Notes: a model not told the origin generated them from the letters alone. A DNA stretch of 26,212 nt from Gemmatimonadota bacterium (GCA_039586795.1 JBDHJS010000062.1:1-26212), one strand, 5' to 3'; shown: positions 9,003 through 19,099, counted from the stretch's first letter. Numbers and translations: made by a program.

Positions 9003-9031
9003 AATATACCCGGGGGTCACGGGCCGCACAA
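9003..9031 (-). promoter_or_regulatory. Sigma70-like promoter TTGTGC-N17-TATATT for the TerB-like gene
   Basis: Read directly, about 50 nt upstream of the ATG at 8951. Confidence 0.45.
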
Positions 9032-9051
9032 GTCAGCCATATCGATGATCC

Positions 9052-10413
9052 TCATATAGCAAACGCGATGATGAAGCGCAGGGTTCTGTACTGGGCACTC
9101 GTGATTCGCGGAGTGCCCGGATCGCGATCGCCTTCATCCCGCGTAACGATACTGTCGTCTCTGCTTCCCCAGCCGTAGGCGAGACCGAGGGTCAGGTCCG
9201 CCGTCCCGATCTGGAACGACGTGCCCGCGGTAATGAAGTAGAGGTTCCAGCGCGTGAAGGTGATGTCGGACGGCGTGTCGGGGTCCGAGCCCGTGAAGTC
9301 GGTCCTGAAGCTGGCGTACCCCGATAGTGTCGGACTGAAGGTGTGTTCGACCCCGATCCCGGCGTTCAGCACTCCCTTGCGCGCGTCCTCGAGGTCGGCA
9401 GTGATCGTCTCCCCGCCGCTCTGGTTGTCGAACGGCTCGAGGTCCATGACCACGTACTGCGACACCGGAGCGTAGTACTCCGTTGCGAAGTGCACGGTGG
9501 TGTTCTGGTCCGGCGAGTAGGCGGTGCCCAGGCCGAGGGAGAGCGGGGAGCGGAACGTTGCGCCGAGGCCGTCTTGGAACGTCGCCCCGAAAGCCGGATC
9601 GCTAATACCGAACCGGGTACGATTGACCAACACGCGCCCGCTACCGAACAAGCTGAGGCTGCGGCTGGTCACCGTCAGCCCGAAACTCACGCCATGAAAC
9701 TCGAACGTGACACCGGCCTTTAACAGCATGCGAAAATTCCAGTAGCTGCTGTAGGTCTGGTTGAGCACGATCGCCTGTGTCGTATCGGTGAACGTCTGTG
9801 CCTGCGACTGGCCACCGAATCGCTGACTGCGGTAGGCGCCGTACAGGGTGACGCCCAGCCCGACCTTACTACCCAGCAGCTTCGAGAAGGTGAGTCCGAC
9901 CCAGTAGTCGGTGAGGTCCTCTTCGAAGCGGACCAAACCGAGGAAGTCGTCGGTGGGCAGGGTATCGTTGACTTCGTCCAGCGTGCCGACCGCCCCGGCG
10001 TCGATCGTCGCCTTGAAGCGTTGACGGGTGAACAGCGAGTAGCCCAGCACGTCGCTGCCCAGGAACTTGAAGGGGAGTCGGCCGCCGACGAAGCCCGGCG
10101 CGATGGAAAGCCGCAGGTTGTCCAGATCGACTTGCGTGCCGAAATCGGGCTCGACCTTCAGGCTGGCCAGATCGAACACCTTCGAGGTCACGATGATCTC
10201 CGCTTGCTCGATCAGCGGCAGCGCACCGGGGTTGTAGTAGGTGGCGCTGATGTCGACCACGCTGCCGATCACCGCGCCGCCCAGCAGGTTCGCCGCCGTG
10301 CCCCACTGGTAGGTCCAGTAGTTGGAGTCTTGGGCGCGCGCGGATGCCCCGGTGAACAGCGTGAGCGCCGCGGCGAGCGCGAGAAGTCGGGCGCGGGCAC
10401 CGATCGTTTGCAT
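9052..10413 (-). CDS. Outer-membrane beta-barrel protein, FadL/TodX-like
   Basis: Signal peptide; LLGGAV...SATYYNPGAL hatch motif (NPA-like); alternating amphipathic beta strands. Confidence 0.75.
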   Translation of the reverse strand: MQTIGARARLLALAAALTLFTGASARAQDSNYWTYQWGTAANLLGGAVIGSVVDISATYYNPGALPLIEQAEIIVTSKVFDLASLKVEPDFGTQVDLDNLRLSIAPGFVGGRLPFKFLGSDVLGYSLFTRQRFKATIDAGAVGTLDEVNDTLPTDDFLGLVRFEEDLTDYWVGLTFSKLLGSKVGLGVTLYGAYRSQRFGGQSQAQTFTDTTQAIVLNQTYSSYWNFRMLLKAGVTFEFHGVSFGLTVTSRSLSLFGSGRVLVNRTRFGISDPAFGATFQDGLGATFRSPLSLGLGTAYSPDQNTTVHFATEYYAPVSQYVVMDLEPFDNQSGGETITADLEDARKGVLNAGIGVEHTFSPTLSGYASFRTDFTGSDPDTPSDITFTRWNLYFITAGTSFQIGTADLTLGLAYGWGSRDDSIVTRDEGDRDPGTPRITSAQYRTLRFIIAFAI

Positions 10414-10428
10414 TCTCGACGACTCAGC

Positions 10429-10809
10429 TCACCACCAGATCCAGATCTTCCCGGCGCAAATGAGCCCGCCGATCAATGCGAAGAACATGGAACAGAGCGA
10501 GCCCAGGATGGACGACCAGGCCATCGGTTTGTTCGCCGAGCCGTGGGTAACGTAGAGCTCCCAGTTGGGAAGCATCTTCAGCATGATCCAACCGATCATC
10601 GCCACCGCCGCCCCCGGCACGTAAAACGCCACTATAAGGGTGAAGAAGAGGCGCTCGCTGAGTCCCATGACCCAGCCAGGCACCACGCGGCCCGCCGACT
10701 TCGGGATCTTGAGGGACGCTCGCAGCGCGGCGACGAACCACTCCGTCAGCAGGGCGCCGATCACCAACGCCACTCCGAGCCCCACCGACCAGCGAACCAA
10801 CGTATCCAC
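10429..10809 (-). CDS. Small integral membrane hypothetical protein
   Basis: Three to four hydrophobic segments; GWVMGLSERLFF motif; 15-nt gap to the downstream barrel gene. Confidence 0.65.
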   Translation of the reverse strand: MDTLVRWSVGLGVALVIGALLTEWFVAALRASLKIPKSAGRVVPGWVMGLSERLFFTLIVAFYVPGAAVAMIGWIMLKMLPNWELYVTHGSANKPMAWSSILGSLCSMFFALIGGLICAGKIWIWW

Positions 10810-11236
10810 GCTTCACGTCTCCCGGTTCAGGATGGATGCTGCCTATCGAATACCTCAAATTGAACGCGTGGCGCTGGACTCGACAAGGCGCCTGCCGGAT
10901 CGCGGCCATGCGCAAAGCGACTCGGCGACTCGGCGGATAGTCATAGTTGTTATCTCTATTTGTTGCAATAACTTAGCGCATGTGCGATACTGGCGACCCG
11001 GGAGAAGGGCTGAGGTCGTGGCGATTTCACTTTCGCCGACACAGGACCCTCGGTCGTGGCCGAACCTCACAATCCTGCACACCCGCACAGTCGGTCGTCG
11101 TCGACGACCGGAGCGGATCGATTCATCCAGCGTCCTGGAAAGGCGCGTTTTTTTTGTCGGCGCGTGCGTGCTCCGCCGCGCGCTGCCTGAGGCAACACCC
11201 TAGTCGACCTCAACTGGCCCCAAAGGAGGCATTCCC

Positions 11237-11776
11237 ATGCGTGCCCTGAAATCCCTCGTCGTTATCCTTCTTGCCGTCGCGTTCGCAATCAGCTGCGAGA
11301 CCGCTTCGGAACCAGAGTATGCGATACCTGATATCAACCTCGACCAGAATCCGGTCCGGATGAGTGCGGTCGGGAGTGGACAATCCCATCGTCTGTACTC
11401 TCCCGATGTGTGGCGCACCTTTTCGTTCAATGTCAGGAAGTACCTGGATGACACCGTAGATGGGATGTTCCAGTGGAACAACCATGGGGGCAACTGGGGT
11501 AGCGCCGACGCCATATGCATGCAGATGGACGGAAACAGGGCTTGGATCGGAGGCATCGTCACCCGTCACTCGAATACCGAAAGGATAGGCGAGCCGGCTG
11601 TCTTTCGATTGGAGGACAACGGCCAGGGGGTGAACGCCGTTCCGGACAAGATCAGCTACGTATTGGTTGGTCCAGACGCTGAGAATTACTGCGCTGAACA
11701 GTACTCTTCGCCGTACTGGGTCAGGATAGAAGCGGGGAACGTTGTGCTCAGCGGGCCGACGAAGCCAAAACCCTGA
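11237..11776 (+). CDS. Hypothetical lipoprotein, beta-rich, with a probable disulfide
   Basis: AAGGAGG RBS; lipobox-like AISC; TFSFNV...C...NRAWIGG...EDNGQG...C...GNV pattern. Confidence 0.8.
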   Translation: MRALKSLVVILLAVAFAISCETASEPEYAIPDINLDQNPVRMSAVGSGQSHRLYSPDVWRTFSFNVRKYLDDTVDGMFQWNNHGGNWGSADAICMQMDGNRAWIGGIVTRHSNTERIGEPAVFRLEDNGQGVNAVPDKISYVLVGPDAENYCAEQYSSPYWVRIEAGNVVLSGPTKPKP

Positions 11777-11817
11777 CTAACGTAATCCCTAGATACACAG
11801 GCTGACACGCGTCTTTG

Positions 11818-11848
11818 GGGGCGGTTCCTTCAGGGGGCCGCCCCGTTT
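11818..11848 (+). terminator. Probable intrinsic terminator
   Basis: GGGGCGGTTCC/GGGGCCGCCCC stem followed by GTTT, about 40 nt after the stop codon at 11776. Confidence 0.5.
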
Positions 11849-11871
11849 CAGACCGCAGCGAGGCGCGAACG

Positions 11872-12891
11872 ATGAAGGCGAAAAGAATTACCTATGTTCC
11901 GGGCACGGCATCCCTGGTCAGCCTCGCCGACGGAACGAGGCTGCTGTTCGAGATCGTCCCCGGCATGCTGCGCGTGAGGACACAAGGCAGATTCAGCGCC
12001 CGCGGCAAAGACATCTGGCACTATCGGTTTCCGTTCGCTTTGCGTGAGCGGTACCCGGCGGCCGAGGAAGCGCTGGACATCGCTCTCGATTCGATCGAGA
12101 ACTGTGCGACGCTAGAGGACGTGGAACATCGGCTGGAGTCGCATGCGGCTCCTCGCCTGGCCGTGCTGGCTGTTGAAGGGGCGATCACCGTGGACGTCGG
12201 CGATGTGGCCCCGGTCGTTCCGCCGCCGCAGTTCGGGCAGTTCGAGTCAGGGAGTACTCGAGCTCGGTGGTTGACGATCTTGCTGGGCATCATTGTCGCG
12301 GTCGACTTGATAGCCGTTGTATCGGGCTTGGCGGAGTACATGCTGCTGGACCGGATGCTCCGAGGCGCTTTCGTTTCCAACGCCGAAGTGGCTGCGAACG
12401 ATACCCGCCAGGCATTTGTCGCATTAGCGCAGACGGGGCTGTTTCTCGCTACTGCGATCGTGTTTTGCATGTGGCTACACCGTGCATACCGGAATCTTCC
12501 AACGATTGGAGTGGCAGAAGTGCGTTTCACTCCGGCTTGGGTTGTCGGGTATTTCTTCATTCCGATCGTGAACCTCTTTCGGCCGTACCAGGCCGTGAAA
12601 GAGATCTATATCAAGAGCGACTGTGCCTACGAGCCGGCCGTGGCAGAATCGGCGCCGATCGTCGGATCCTGGTGGGCCGCCTGGCTATTCTATAACTGGT
12701 TCTCCTGGAGAGCCCTCCGCATCAGTCTGACAGCGGGCGATAACATCGGTGATCTAGCGGCCGGAACCGTTCTGTACGTGGTTTCCGACGCCATCAACAT
12801 TCTGGCGGCGATTCTGGCCATCGCGGTAGTCAGAGGGATCAACTGGCGACAGGAAGAGAATTACCGCGGCATCCTGGCGGGGAGCGCTTGA
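11872..12891 (+). CDS. DUF4328-like membrane protein with an N-terminal soluble extension
   Basis: WLHRAYRNL, TPAWVVGYFFIPIVNLFRPYQAVKEI and WWAAW motifs; GAGG RBS. Confidence 0.82.
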   Translation: MKAKRITYVPGTASLVSLADGTRLLFEIVPGMLRVRTQGRFSARGKDIWHYRFPFALRERYPAAEEALDIALDSIENCATLEDVEHRLESHAAPRLAVLAVEGAITVDVGDVAPVVPPPQFGQFESGSTRARWLTILLGIIVAVDLIAVVSGLAEYMLLDRMLRGAFVSNAEVAANDTRQAFVALAQTGLFLATAIVFCMWLHRAYRNLPTIGVAEVRFTPAWVVGYFFIPIVNLFRPYQAVKEIYIKSDCAYEPAVAESAPIVGSWWAAWLFYNWFSWRALRISLTAGDNIGDLAAGTVLYVVSDAINILAAILAIAVVRGINWRQEENYRGILAGSA

Positions 12892-13000
12892 TTCTTGAAA
12901 GCCGTCTAGATCCTCGCTTCTTTTATAGTTCCGCCGTTGTGGTTCGGGGCAGGCAGTGGTTCTGCAATGCTCGCTCTCCTGCTCCTACCTGGCCCGGGTC

Positions 13001-14308
13001 CTAGTTCACGCACACCAAATCAGCCTGCCTTGTGTTGTTGTTCTTCCGCGCTTCCGCAACCAAGCGGTTCGCATCGATCATCACTTTGACGGAGACGGTG
13101 TCAACGATCGACCGAGCTTTGAACGTGTACTGGCGTCGACCCGAAGGTGTGGACAGCAGTCTGTCTGGATCGAGTGCCGTGAGCGTGATCGAGTCCAACG
13201 GCTCATCATCGAACGACATTCTGAGTATCACCGACTCGTTTTCCCAGACTTCCTTCGGCAGATCGGCCGGGCCGCGATTGGCGACGTCGATGGTGACGTG
13301 ACATAAGGTGTCGAGCCTCAGGTTCGAGACTGCCAGGTCGGGCAAGCGGTTGTAGGCAATCTCTTGCAAGACCTTTCGGGTCAGGTTCTCCTTGACTGAC
13401 CAACTGGCGCCGCCGTCGTTCGTGATCGCGATCGTCCCACGCCAGCCCGCGGCGACGAATACACTATCTCGACCCGAGGTCACGGCCATCAAGCGTTGGG
13501 TCGTCCCCGATTCGACGACCGACCACGTCGCGCCAGCGTCTTCCGAACGCGTGACGGTCCCGTCCCAACCCACGGCGACGACGATCGCGCCAGCCGACGC
13601 GACGCCCTCCAGCGTCTTGCGCGTCTGCGTGTTCAATGCCGTCCACGTCTGACCGCCGTCATCAGACTGCGCCGCCTTACCCAGTAACCCCACCGCGACC
13701 CACCGGCTCTCACCCACGAACGCCAGGCCATTCACGTGAGCGCTCATGCCGGTGTTAGTGGTTGTCCAGTTTGCACCGCCATCGTCGGATCGGACGATTA
13801 GCCCTTGTGGGCCGCCGGCGATCCAGGTTCCGCTGCGGTCTGTCGCTACCGAAAGCAGCGCATCGGTGACTCCGGAGTTGGCCGCTTGCCACGTGTGTCC
13901 GCCGTCAGCCGACGTGAGGATCGTGCCTTTTGCACCAACGGCGACAAAATTCCCGTCATCGTCCGACGCTACGCCCTGTAACGTCTCCTCGGTGCCCGAG
14001 GCGATCGTCTCCCAACTCGCGCCGCCATCACTCGAGCGGATAATCGTGCCCCTGGCGCCTACGGCAACGAACCGTCCTCGGTTGTCGGAGATGACGCCGT
14101 TGATGTACGTGTCGATGGGTGTCAGAACCGTCCAGTTCGCGCCGTCGTCCCGTGTGTACAGTGCGGTTCCGTCGCGCCCGACCGCGATATAGTCCGTCAG
14201 GCTCTGGCTGCCGGCGCCCTGCTGTGCGGCTGCGGGTAACGCGACAGTAATCAGGAGCAGGGTCGCGAGACACGCCACCTTCCTCACCATCGGTCCAGTG
14301 GATCGCAT
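13001..14308 (-). CDS. Secreted BNR/Asp-box (Ycf48-like) beta-propeller with a C-terminal CARDB-like domain
   Basis: GGAGG RBS; signal peptide; about seven ~41-aa repeats (VAVG..GTI..S.DGG.TW); LPDLAV...NRGPA...EARKNNN CARDB-like end. Confidence 0.85.
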   Translation of the reverse strand: MRSTGPMVRKVACLATLLLITVALPAAAQQGAGSQSLTDYIAVGRDGTALYTRDDGANWTVLTPIDTYINGVISDNRGRFVAVGARGTIIRSSDGGASWETIASGTEETLQGVASDDDGNFVAVGAKGTILTSADGGHTWQAANSGVTDALLSVATDRSGTWIAGGPQGLIVRSDDGGANWTTTNTGMSAHVNGLAFVGESRWVAVGLLGKAAQSDDGGQTWTALNTQTRKTLEGVASAGAIVVAVGWDGTVTRSEDAGATWSVVESGTTQRLMAVTSGRDSVFVAAGWRGTIAITNDGGASWSVKENLTRKVLQEIAYNRLPDLAVSNLRLDTLCHVTIDVANRGPADLPKEVWENESVILRMSFDDEPLDSITLTALDPDRLLSTPSGRRQYTFKARSIVDTVSVKVMIDANRLVAEARKNNNTRQADLVCVN

Positions 14309-14378
14309 GAGTGTCCTCCGCGCTGGTCGTGGCCAATGCAGGCTGCTTCTTACGTGCAGCACATGCCTTCACTCTTCG

Positions 14379-14406
14379 TACAGGAAAAGCACACGTGTCG
14401 GGATCA
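14379..14406 (-). promoter_or_regulatory. Putative ECF promoter copy 1: TGATCCCGAC-N14-TGTA
   Basis: Shared motif, about 70 nt upstream of the BNR gene. Confidence 0.5.
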
Positions 14407-14462
14407 ACCGTTAGTCAGGTTCATCAGCGCCGCACGTCACGCAGCGAGGCGTTTCTGCCCAG

Positions 14463-14491
14463 CGAGCCCTGCGGTCACTGAAATCTGTAAC
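14463..14491 (+). promoter_or_regulatory. Putative ECF promoter copy 2: CGAGCCCTGC-N13-TGTAAC
   Basis: Shared motif, about 58 nt upstream of the ATG at 14549. Confidence 0.55.
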
Positions 14492-14548
14492 CCCAGTAGA
14501 GCGGTCATACAGCGGCCGAATCTCAGCCTGAACCGACAGTGAGGCCAC

Positions 14549-16195
14549 ATGAAACCTAGGAAAGAGGTGAGACCAGGCGCTTTTGCGTGGGCCGTTGCAG
14601 CAACTTCGCTTCTAGTCATTGGTGCGGCGGGGCTGCAGAGCGACGAGGCCCTCGACTGGTTGGGGGTCACCCGGTGGAGTGGGACTATCCGCGTGGAGGT
14701 TACTCAGGAGAGCAACCTTATGGATTCCGGAAAGGGCGTGCTGATCGCGTCGGCGAGCGGTTCGGTCAACCTGGAGCTGGCAGACGTGCGCGACGGTCCA
14801 AGGCGGGCGATCTGGGTGGGAGACGGCCTGGCGTTCTCGGCCACGCACCAGGCGAATTCGAGCATGGGAAACGGTACGATCGTGTTATCCGAGTCCGGAG
14901 AAGGCGTCTCTCAGGGGGGATCAGTCGAGCTGCTGATCGACGTCGAAAACCTCACGTACACGGTCGACTTCGATGTCGGTGACGGCATCCCGGGCCAGGC
15001 GACGATCGAGTACGTCGGTGGCTTTGGCAACGAGACGAAAGCCGTGGATCTCGGCCTGGATGAACTCGATGTACGCACTGACGATCTCAGGCTTCCCTCA
15101 TCATCACCCGGTGATCTTACCGGGTCTTTCGAGATCGACGTGGGGACGCCTGATGGGTTCGGCATGGGAAGCGGGCGTAAGACCGGTACGCTCAGCTGGA
15201 GCCTGTTGCCTTGCATCGATGCGGAGACACGCAGTTTGGAGATCGATCCCTTCAATTGGGACGCCCTCGTGTTCGATATGAACGGGAGCGAACTCAACCA
15301 GGTTGCTATCGCCAACAACATCAACCCCGAAGAAGCGGAGCCCTCGATCTATTGGACGTTCCCCGAGATCGAGGGTGTCACGCTGACCACGGATCCGGAA
15401 GACGGTCGGGGCAATATGGTCGGCGTAGAGTACCAGGGGATGCCAGAGGACAACGCTGCCTTCGATGTGCAGGATCCGGTAAAGGTGACGCTGCCGGGGT
15501 GCAGCGAAGTGACCGCTGAGTTACCGGCCCGATTCTTCTTCAGCGTTGCAGGAAAGGGCAATCCTGACGACGAAGATGTTCCGAACTGGTTCTACTACTG
15601 GCGACAGACCCCGGCGGGACAGGGGCTGGCCAGATCGGCGGTGCGCTACGAGCAGGGCGAAATGTGCAACATGGAGAATGGAGGAGACGTGTATGGCTTT
15701 TACCCGCCCGGAGCCGACCACATCTATCTCTGTGATGCCGCATCAGGAACGGCGTGGAACAAGGTCACCGGAGAGTACACGGACGGCATCGATACCTACG
15801 CCGTAACGGTCCTCCACGAGCTCGAGCACAAGCGGCACTACGATGACTGGTGGAGAGAATTCGATGAGCAATGGAAGGAGGATAACGGGCGGTCGAGGTT
15901 TGAGGATACGACGGCCTATCGGGCCGACAGAAGAATCGTCGACCGTGACGGGGACGATATACCTGACGACAGGGAAGCGTCGCTGGGGATGGACACGGTC
16001 CCAGACACACACCGCTGCAAGATGACCGACGAGCACTACCTGGCGTGGTTAGCCGAGGGCCTATGGCAGATCGGCGCGGCCGACAAGGAAGACTGGGCGG
16101 CGCCTGGAAAGCAGCACGGGAAAGGTTCGCCGCCGGTCTACCCGGCAGGCGGCCCATTGTGCGGTATCGCGAAGACTGGGAGGCGTCGCGGATGA
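14549..16195 (+). CDS. Exported protein with an HExxH zinc-metallopeptidase-like C-terminal domain
   Basis: N-terminal signal or anchor; beta-rich N-terminal half; TVLHELEHKRH; DRDGDDIPD Ca-binding-like loop; GAGG RBS. Confidence 0.75.
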   Translation: MKPRKEVRPGAFAWAVAATSLLVIGAAGLQSDEALDWLGVTRWSGTIRVEVTQESNLMDSGKGVLIASASGSVNLELADVRDGPRRAIWVGDGLAFSATHQANSSMGNGTIVLSESGEGVSQGGSVELLIDVENLTYTVDFDVGDGIPGQATIEYVGGFGNETKAVDLGLDELDVRTDDLRLPSSSPGDLTGSFEIDVGTPDGFGMGSGRKTGTLSWSLLPCIDAETRSLEIDPFNWDALVFDMNGSELNQVAIANNINPEEAEPSIYWTFPEIEGVTLTTDPEDGRGNMVGVEYQGMPEDNAAFDVQDPVKVTLPGCSEVTAELPARFFFSVAGKGNPDDEDVPNWFYYWRQTPAGQGLARSAVRYEQGEMCNMENGGDVYGFYPPGADHIYLCDAASGTAWNKVTGEYTDGIDTYAVTVLHELEHKRHYDDWWREFDEQWKEDNGRSRFEDTTAYRADRRIVDRDGDDIPDDREASLGMDTVPDTHRCKMTDEHYLAWLAEGLWQIGAADKEDWAAPGKQHGKGSPPVYPAGGPLCGIAKTGRRRG

Positions 16196-16938
16196 ACACG
16201 ATACGTCGGACGCCACTTCTCGTGGTGTGGATGCTAGTGCTGGTCGGACTGGGTTCGGCTGTTGGGTGTGGTGGCGAGAAGCCCGAATCACCGCCGAGTC
16301 AGGAGCCCGACGCATCGCTGCAGGATGCGGTAGCCGAGGTGGAGGGCGCGCTAAGAGATGAAGACGTGAACCGTCGCCTGGCTGTGGTTTGGACGCTCCC
16401 GGAGCGGCGAGACATCGATGCATCCACCAAGGTCAGGCTATTGCTCGACGCATTGGACAGCGAGATCAGCCTCCCCACACAAGCGACGCTTCAATACGGC
16501 ACTTATCTCTCAAGCTCCGAATATCTCAGGTTCGTATATACCCGGTCCCTGGGCAATTCCGAGCCCGCTGGGCTAGAGGTTCTGCGAGAAGCCCTGCGCG
16601 GGGAGTCCGGGGAGCTCCGGGCACGCGCGGCTCTGGCACTCGGGTACGCCGGGGACCCGGCGGTCGTACCGGACTTGCTGGAATTGCTGAGAAGTTCGGA
16701 GATCGGAGACATAAGATCGGACGCCGCGTATCTGCTGGGTGAACTGGGTGGCGAGGAGGCCATTCCCGACCTGCGCCGGGCCATCGCCGCCGACACCTAT
16801 TGGGTCACCGTGAAGAATCTGTCCGGAACGACGAGCGGCTTCTATCCGGTTCGGGCCGAGGCCGCGAGATCGCTGAAGCAGCTGGGGGTGAGCGTCGAGC
16901 TGACCGAGGACGGAGAATACCGCGTCAGCGAAAGGTGA
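16192..16938 (+). CDS. HEAT-repeat lipoprotein
   Basis: ATGA overlap with the upstream stop; GGGAGG RBS; lipobox AVGC; LRARAALALG, IRSDAAYLLG and VRAEAARSL repeats. Confidence 0.85.
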   Translation: MNTIRRTPLLVVWMLVLVGLGSAVGCGGEKPESPPSQEPDASLQDAVAEVEGALRDEDVNRRLAVVWTLPERRDIDASTKVRLLLDALDSEISLPTQATLQYGTYLSSSEYLRFVYTRSLGNSEPAGLEVLREALRGESGELRARAALALGYAGDPAVVPDLLELLRSSEIGDIRSDAAYLLGELGGEEAIPDLRRAIAADTYWVTVKNLSGTTSGFYPVRAEAARSLKQLGVSVELTEDGEYRVSER

Positions 16939-16959
16939 TAGTAAGCGGCGGCTGGCGGG

Positions 16960-16988
16960 TGAGCCCGCCGCTTCCGGATTCCTGTAGT
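16960..16988 (+). promoter_or_regulatory. Putative ECF promoter copy 3: TGAGCCCGCC-N13-TGTAGT
   Basis: Shared motif about 100 nt upstream of the ATG at 17090; overlaps a GC hairpin after the HEAT gene. Confidence 0.5.
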
Positions 16989-17089
16989 TGCAGATGGGTG
17001 GACCGATGTCGGCTGTGCTGACCCTGACGCCGGATACGTTGTCGGCGATCCATCTCGGCGCGAAACACTGATTCAAAGGAGTGTGTCCC

Positions 17090-17947
17090 ATGACGAACAG
17101 ACGCATGACTCTCACCTGGCTCCTCATTCTGATGCTCTGTCCAACCGTCCTCTCAGCGCAGACGTTCGAGGGCACGATCAAGCAACGCACCATTCAGGTG
17201 TCTACTTACATGTTGCAGGAGCTGCTTTGGGCCGAGGAAGAAGAGCCGGAGTACGACAGCGAGGCCGAATACAACGCGGCCGTGGCGAAGAAGCTGTTTG
17301 CGATCCCGATGGCGCGGCTCGAGGCCATGGGACTGGATGGCTCTGCCGACATCAGCCAATCGACGATCTACATCAAGGGATCGCGGATGCGCATGGCAGG
17401 AGAGTCCGAGGACGAGGGGTTCATGTTGTTCGACTTCCAGAACGGCACCTACCAGATAGTCAACCCGCAAGAGCAGACGTACCTGGAGTTCTCGCGGGAC
17501 GAAATGGAGCAACAGAGACGTGCTTCGGAGGACATGCTGGCGCAGGTCGGTGTGAACCCGGAGGAGACAGGGGAGATGTCCGAAGGTGGGGTCAAGGTCC
17601 AGGCTCTGGGCCTGACGGAGCACATCAACGGTTTCCAAGCATCGGCCTATGAAGCCGACGACGGCGAGCGGATAGGTCGCGGGTGGTGTGCCGAAGACGA
17701 AGCGGAGTTGGTGAAGACGTTCGAAGCGTTTGAGACGCAGGCGAGCTTTGATGAAGAGGAGGGTGACGACTTCGAGAGCCTGCTCTGCGAGGGACGCGTG
17801 CCGATCTTGCTCCAGGTATTCGAACCCTTCCTCGGCTCGTACGACGTCACCGAGATTCTGGCGATCGATCGAAGCGGTGTGTCGGATTCTCTGTTCGAGA
17901 TCCCCGCGGGGTTCAAGCGAGTGAGCATGGGAGAGATGTGGCAATGA
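17090..17947 (+). CDS. Secreted DUF4412-like protein
   Basis: AAGGAG RBS; signal peptide ending LSA-Q; FEGTI, YIKGSRMR, G.TEHINGF and SLFEIPAGFK motifs. Confidence 0.78.
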   Translation: MTNRRMTLTWLLILMLCPTVLSAQTFEGTIKQRTIQVSTYMLQELLWAEEEEPEYDSEAEYNAAVAKKLFAIPMARLEAMGLDGSADISQSTIYIKGSRMRMAGESEDEGFMLFDFQNGTYQIVNPQEQTYLEFSRDEMEQQRRASEDMLAQVGVNPEETGEMSEGGVKVQALGLTEHINGFQASAYEADDGERIGRGWCAEDEAELVKTFEAFETQASFDEEEGDDFESLLCEGRVPILLQVFEPFLGSYDVTEILAIDRSGVSDSLFEIPAGFKRVSMGEMWQ

Positions 17948-19082
17948 CGGGTACGACGAAGTTGACCGTGTTACGAAGATGGTGTCTCGTTGTCTCGTGC
18001 GTCGCCGGGCTGGCGACGCCGGGACAGCTCTTCGGCCAATCGGTCGCCGAAGTCTGCGGAGACTCGCCTCTGGAGGCCTCGGGCCTCGAAGTCGGACGCT
18101 GGCTGGCATGGACAGAAGGCGACGCCAGCGGGCTCGAGATGCCGCCCAGCGTGAGCGGGCCGATATTCGAGCGGCACAGCGGGCTGCTCGAGCTGTTCCA
18201 GCAGATCCCCAACCTGCAGCCGCCCTGGGGCGTCGAGGTCCGTCCCAGTGGCGTCATCCGGGGTAGGGAGCGAGTGGGTTCGGGACCTTCCGTCGTTCAC
18301 TCGTCGCTGCTGATCCAGGTCTTTCATCCCACGGTCCAGCAGGCCGGGGAAGCCAGCGCCAGCGTGCGGGTCGACGTCAACACGTTGACGCCTTTGCTGT
18401 ACGACGGTAGCGGCGCCATGATCGAGGACTCGGCCGGGCCGATCTTCATCGAGCCCATCTCGGTGGTCGCCGTATCCACAAGCGGCCGCTGTGGCTTCCG
18501 GTCAGTCAGGAGCGATTCCTAGAGGCGCAGATTGCGGACATTCGACGGATGGCCCGGGAGGCGAACAGCGATATCGGCGGCGCGCAATCCGAGCCGCCCG
18601 CGATCGATGATGAGGCTGTGCAGGCGATGATCCGTCAGCTCCGGACGACCGATCCCGAGGCGGCCGACAAACTGGAGCGAGACATGGCCGCGATGAAGGA
18701 AGAGCTGGCGCGCCAGACCCGGGAAGTCGGGTCCGAAGTCGCCGAGGCGAACAGCGCCGTGGCGAAACTGATCGCCGAGTTGGAGGCGGAGCTGGCAGCC
18801 ATGAGCCCGACGGAGCGGGCACGGCAGGCCTACGTCACCGGCGAAATGTCGGGGTCATCCGTGCTGGCCAAACCGGAAGCGGAAGGTGCCCGCGCACTGG
18901 TGGCCCCCAACCCGGCCTACTTTGACGCCGAGGCCGACCCCTGGGACTTTCAGTTGATCGCCGTTGGGCTGCGCAACGGAGCCGATCATCCGCCCGAGAC
19001 CACGATCATCAGGTCGGTCCGATTAGGGCTGGACTGGGAGGCTGTTGCGAGTTTCCTGAGTGGTGGGCGTCCGCAGCGGTAG
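17944..19082 (+). pseudogene. Exported hypothetical protein split by a frameshift near 18450-18480
   Basis: ATGA coupling to the upstream gene and a signal peptide. The first frame degrades after PIFIEP and stops at 18522. A second frame reads KRPLWLPVSQERFLEAQIADIRR continuously into ORF 18549-19082. Confidence 0.65.
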
Positions 19083-19099
19083 CGTTCGCTACCGCTGCG
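19072..19099. terminator. Perfect 13-bp inverted repeat between convergent genes
   Basis: CGCAGCGGTAGCG-TT-CGCTACCGCTGCG, overlapping the TAG stop; no U tract. Confidence 0.55.

Noticed and set aside
10937..10977. AT-rich patch with CAA-N4-TTA as an IHF or dif-like site
   Set aside because: Only a partial consensus match, with no supporting recombinase or context.
13380..14200. Repeats as a CRISPR array or DNA tandem repeat
   Set aside because: They are degenerate ~41-codon protein repeats (BNR propeller blades), not identical DNA repeats.
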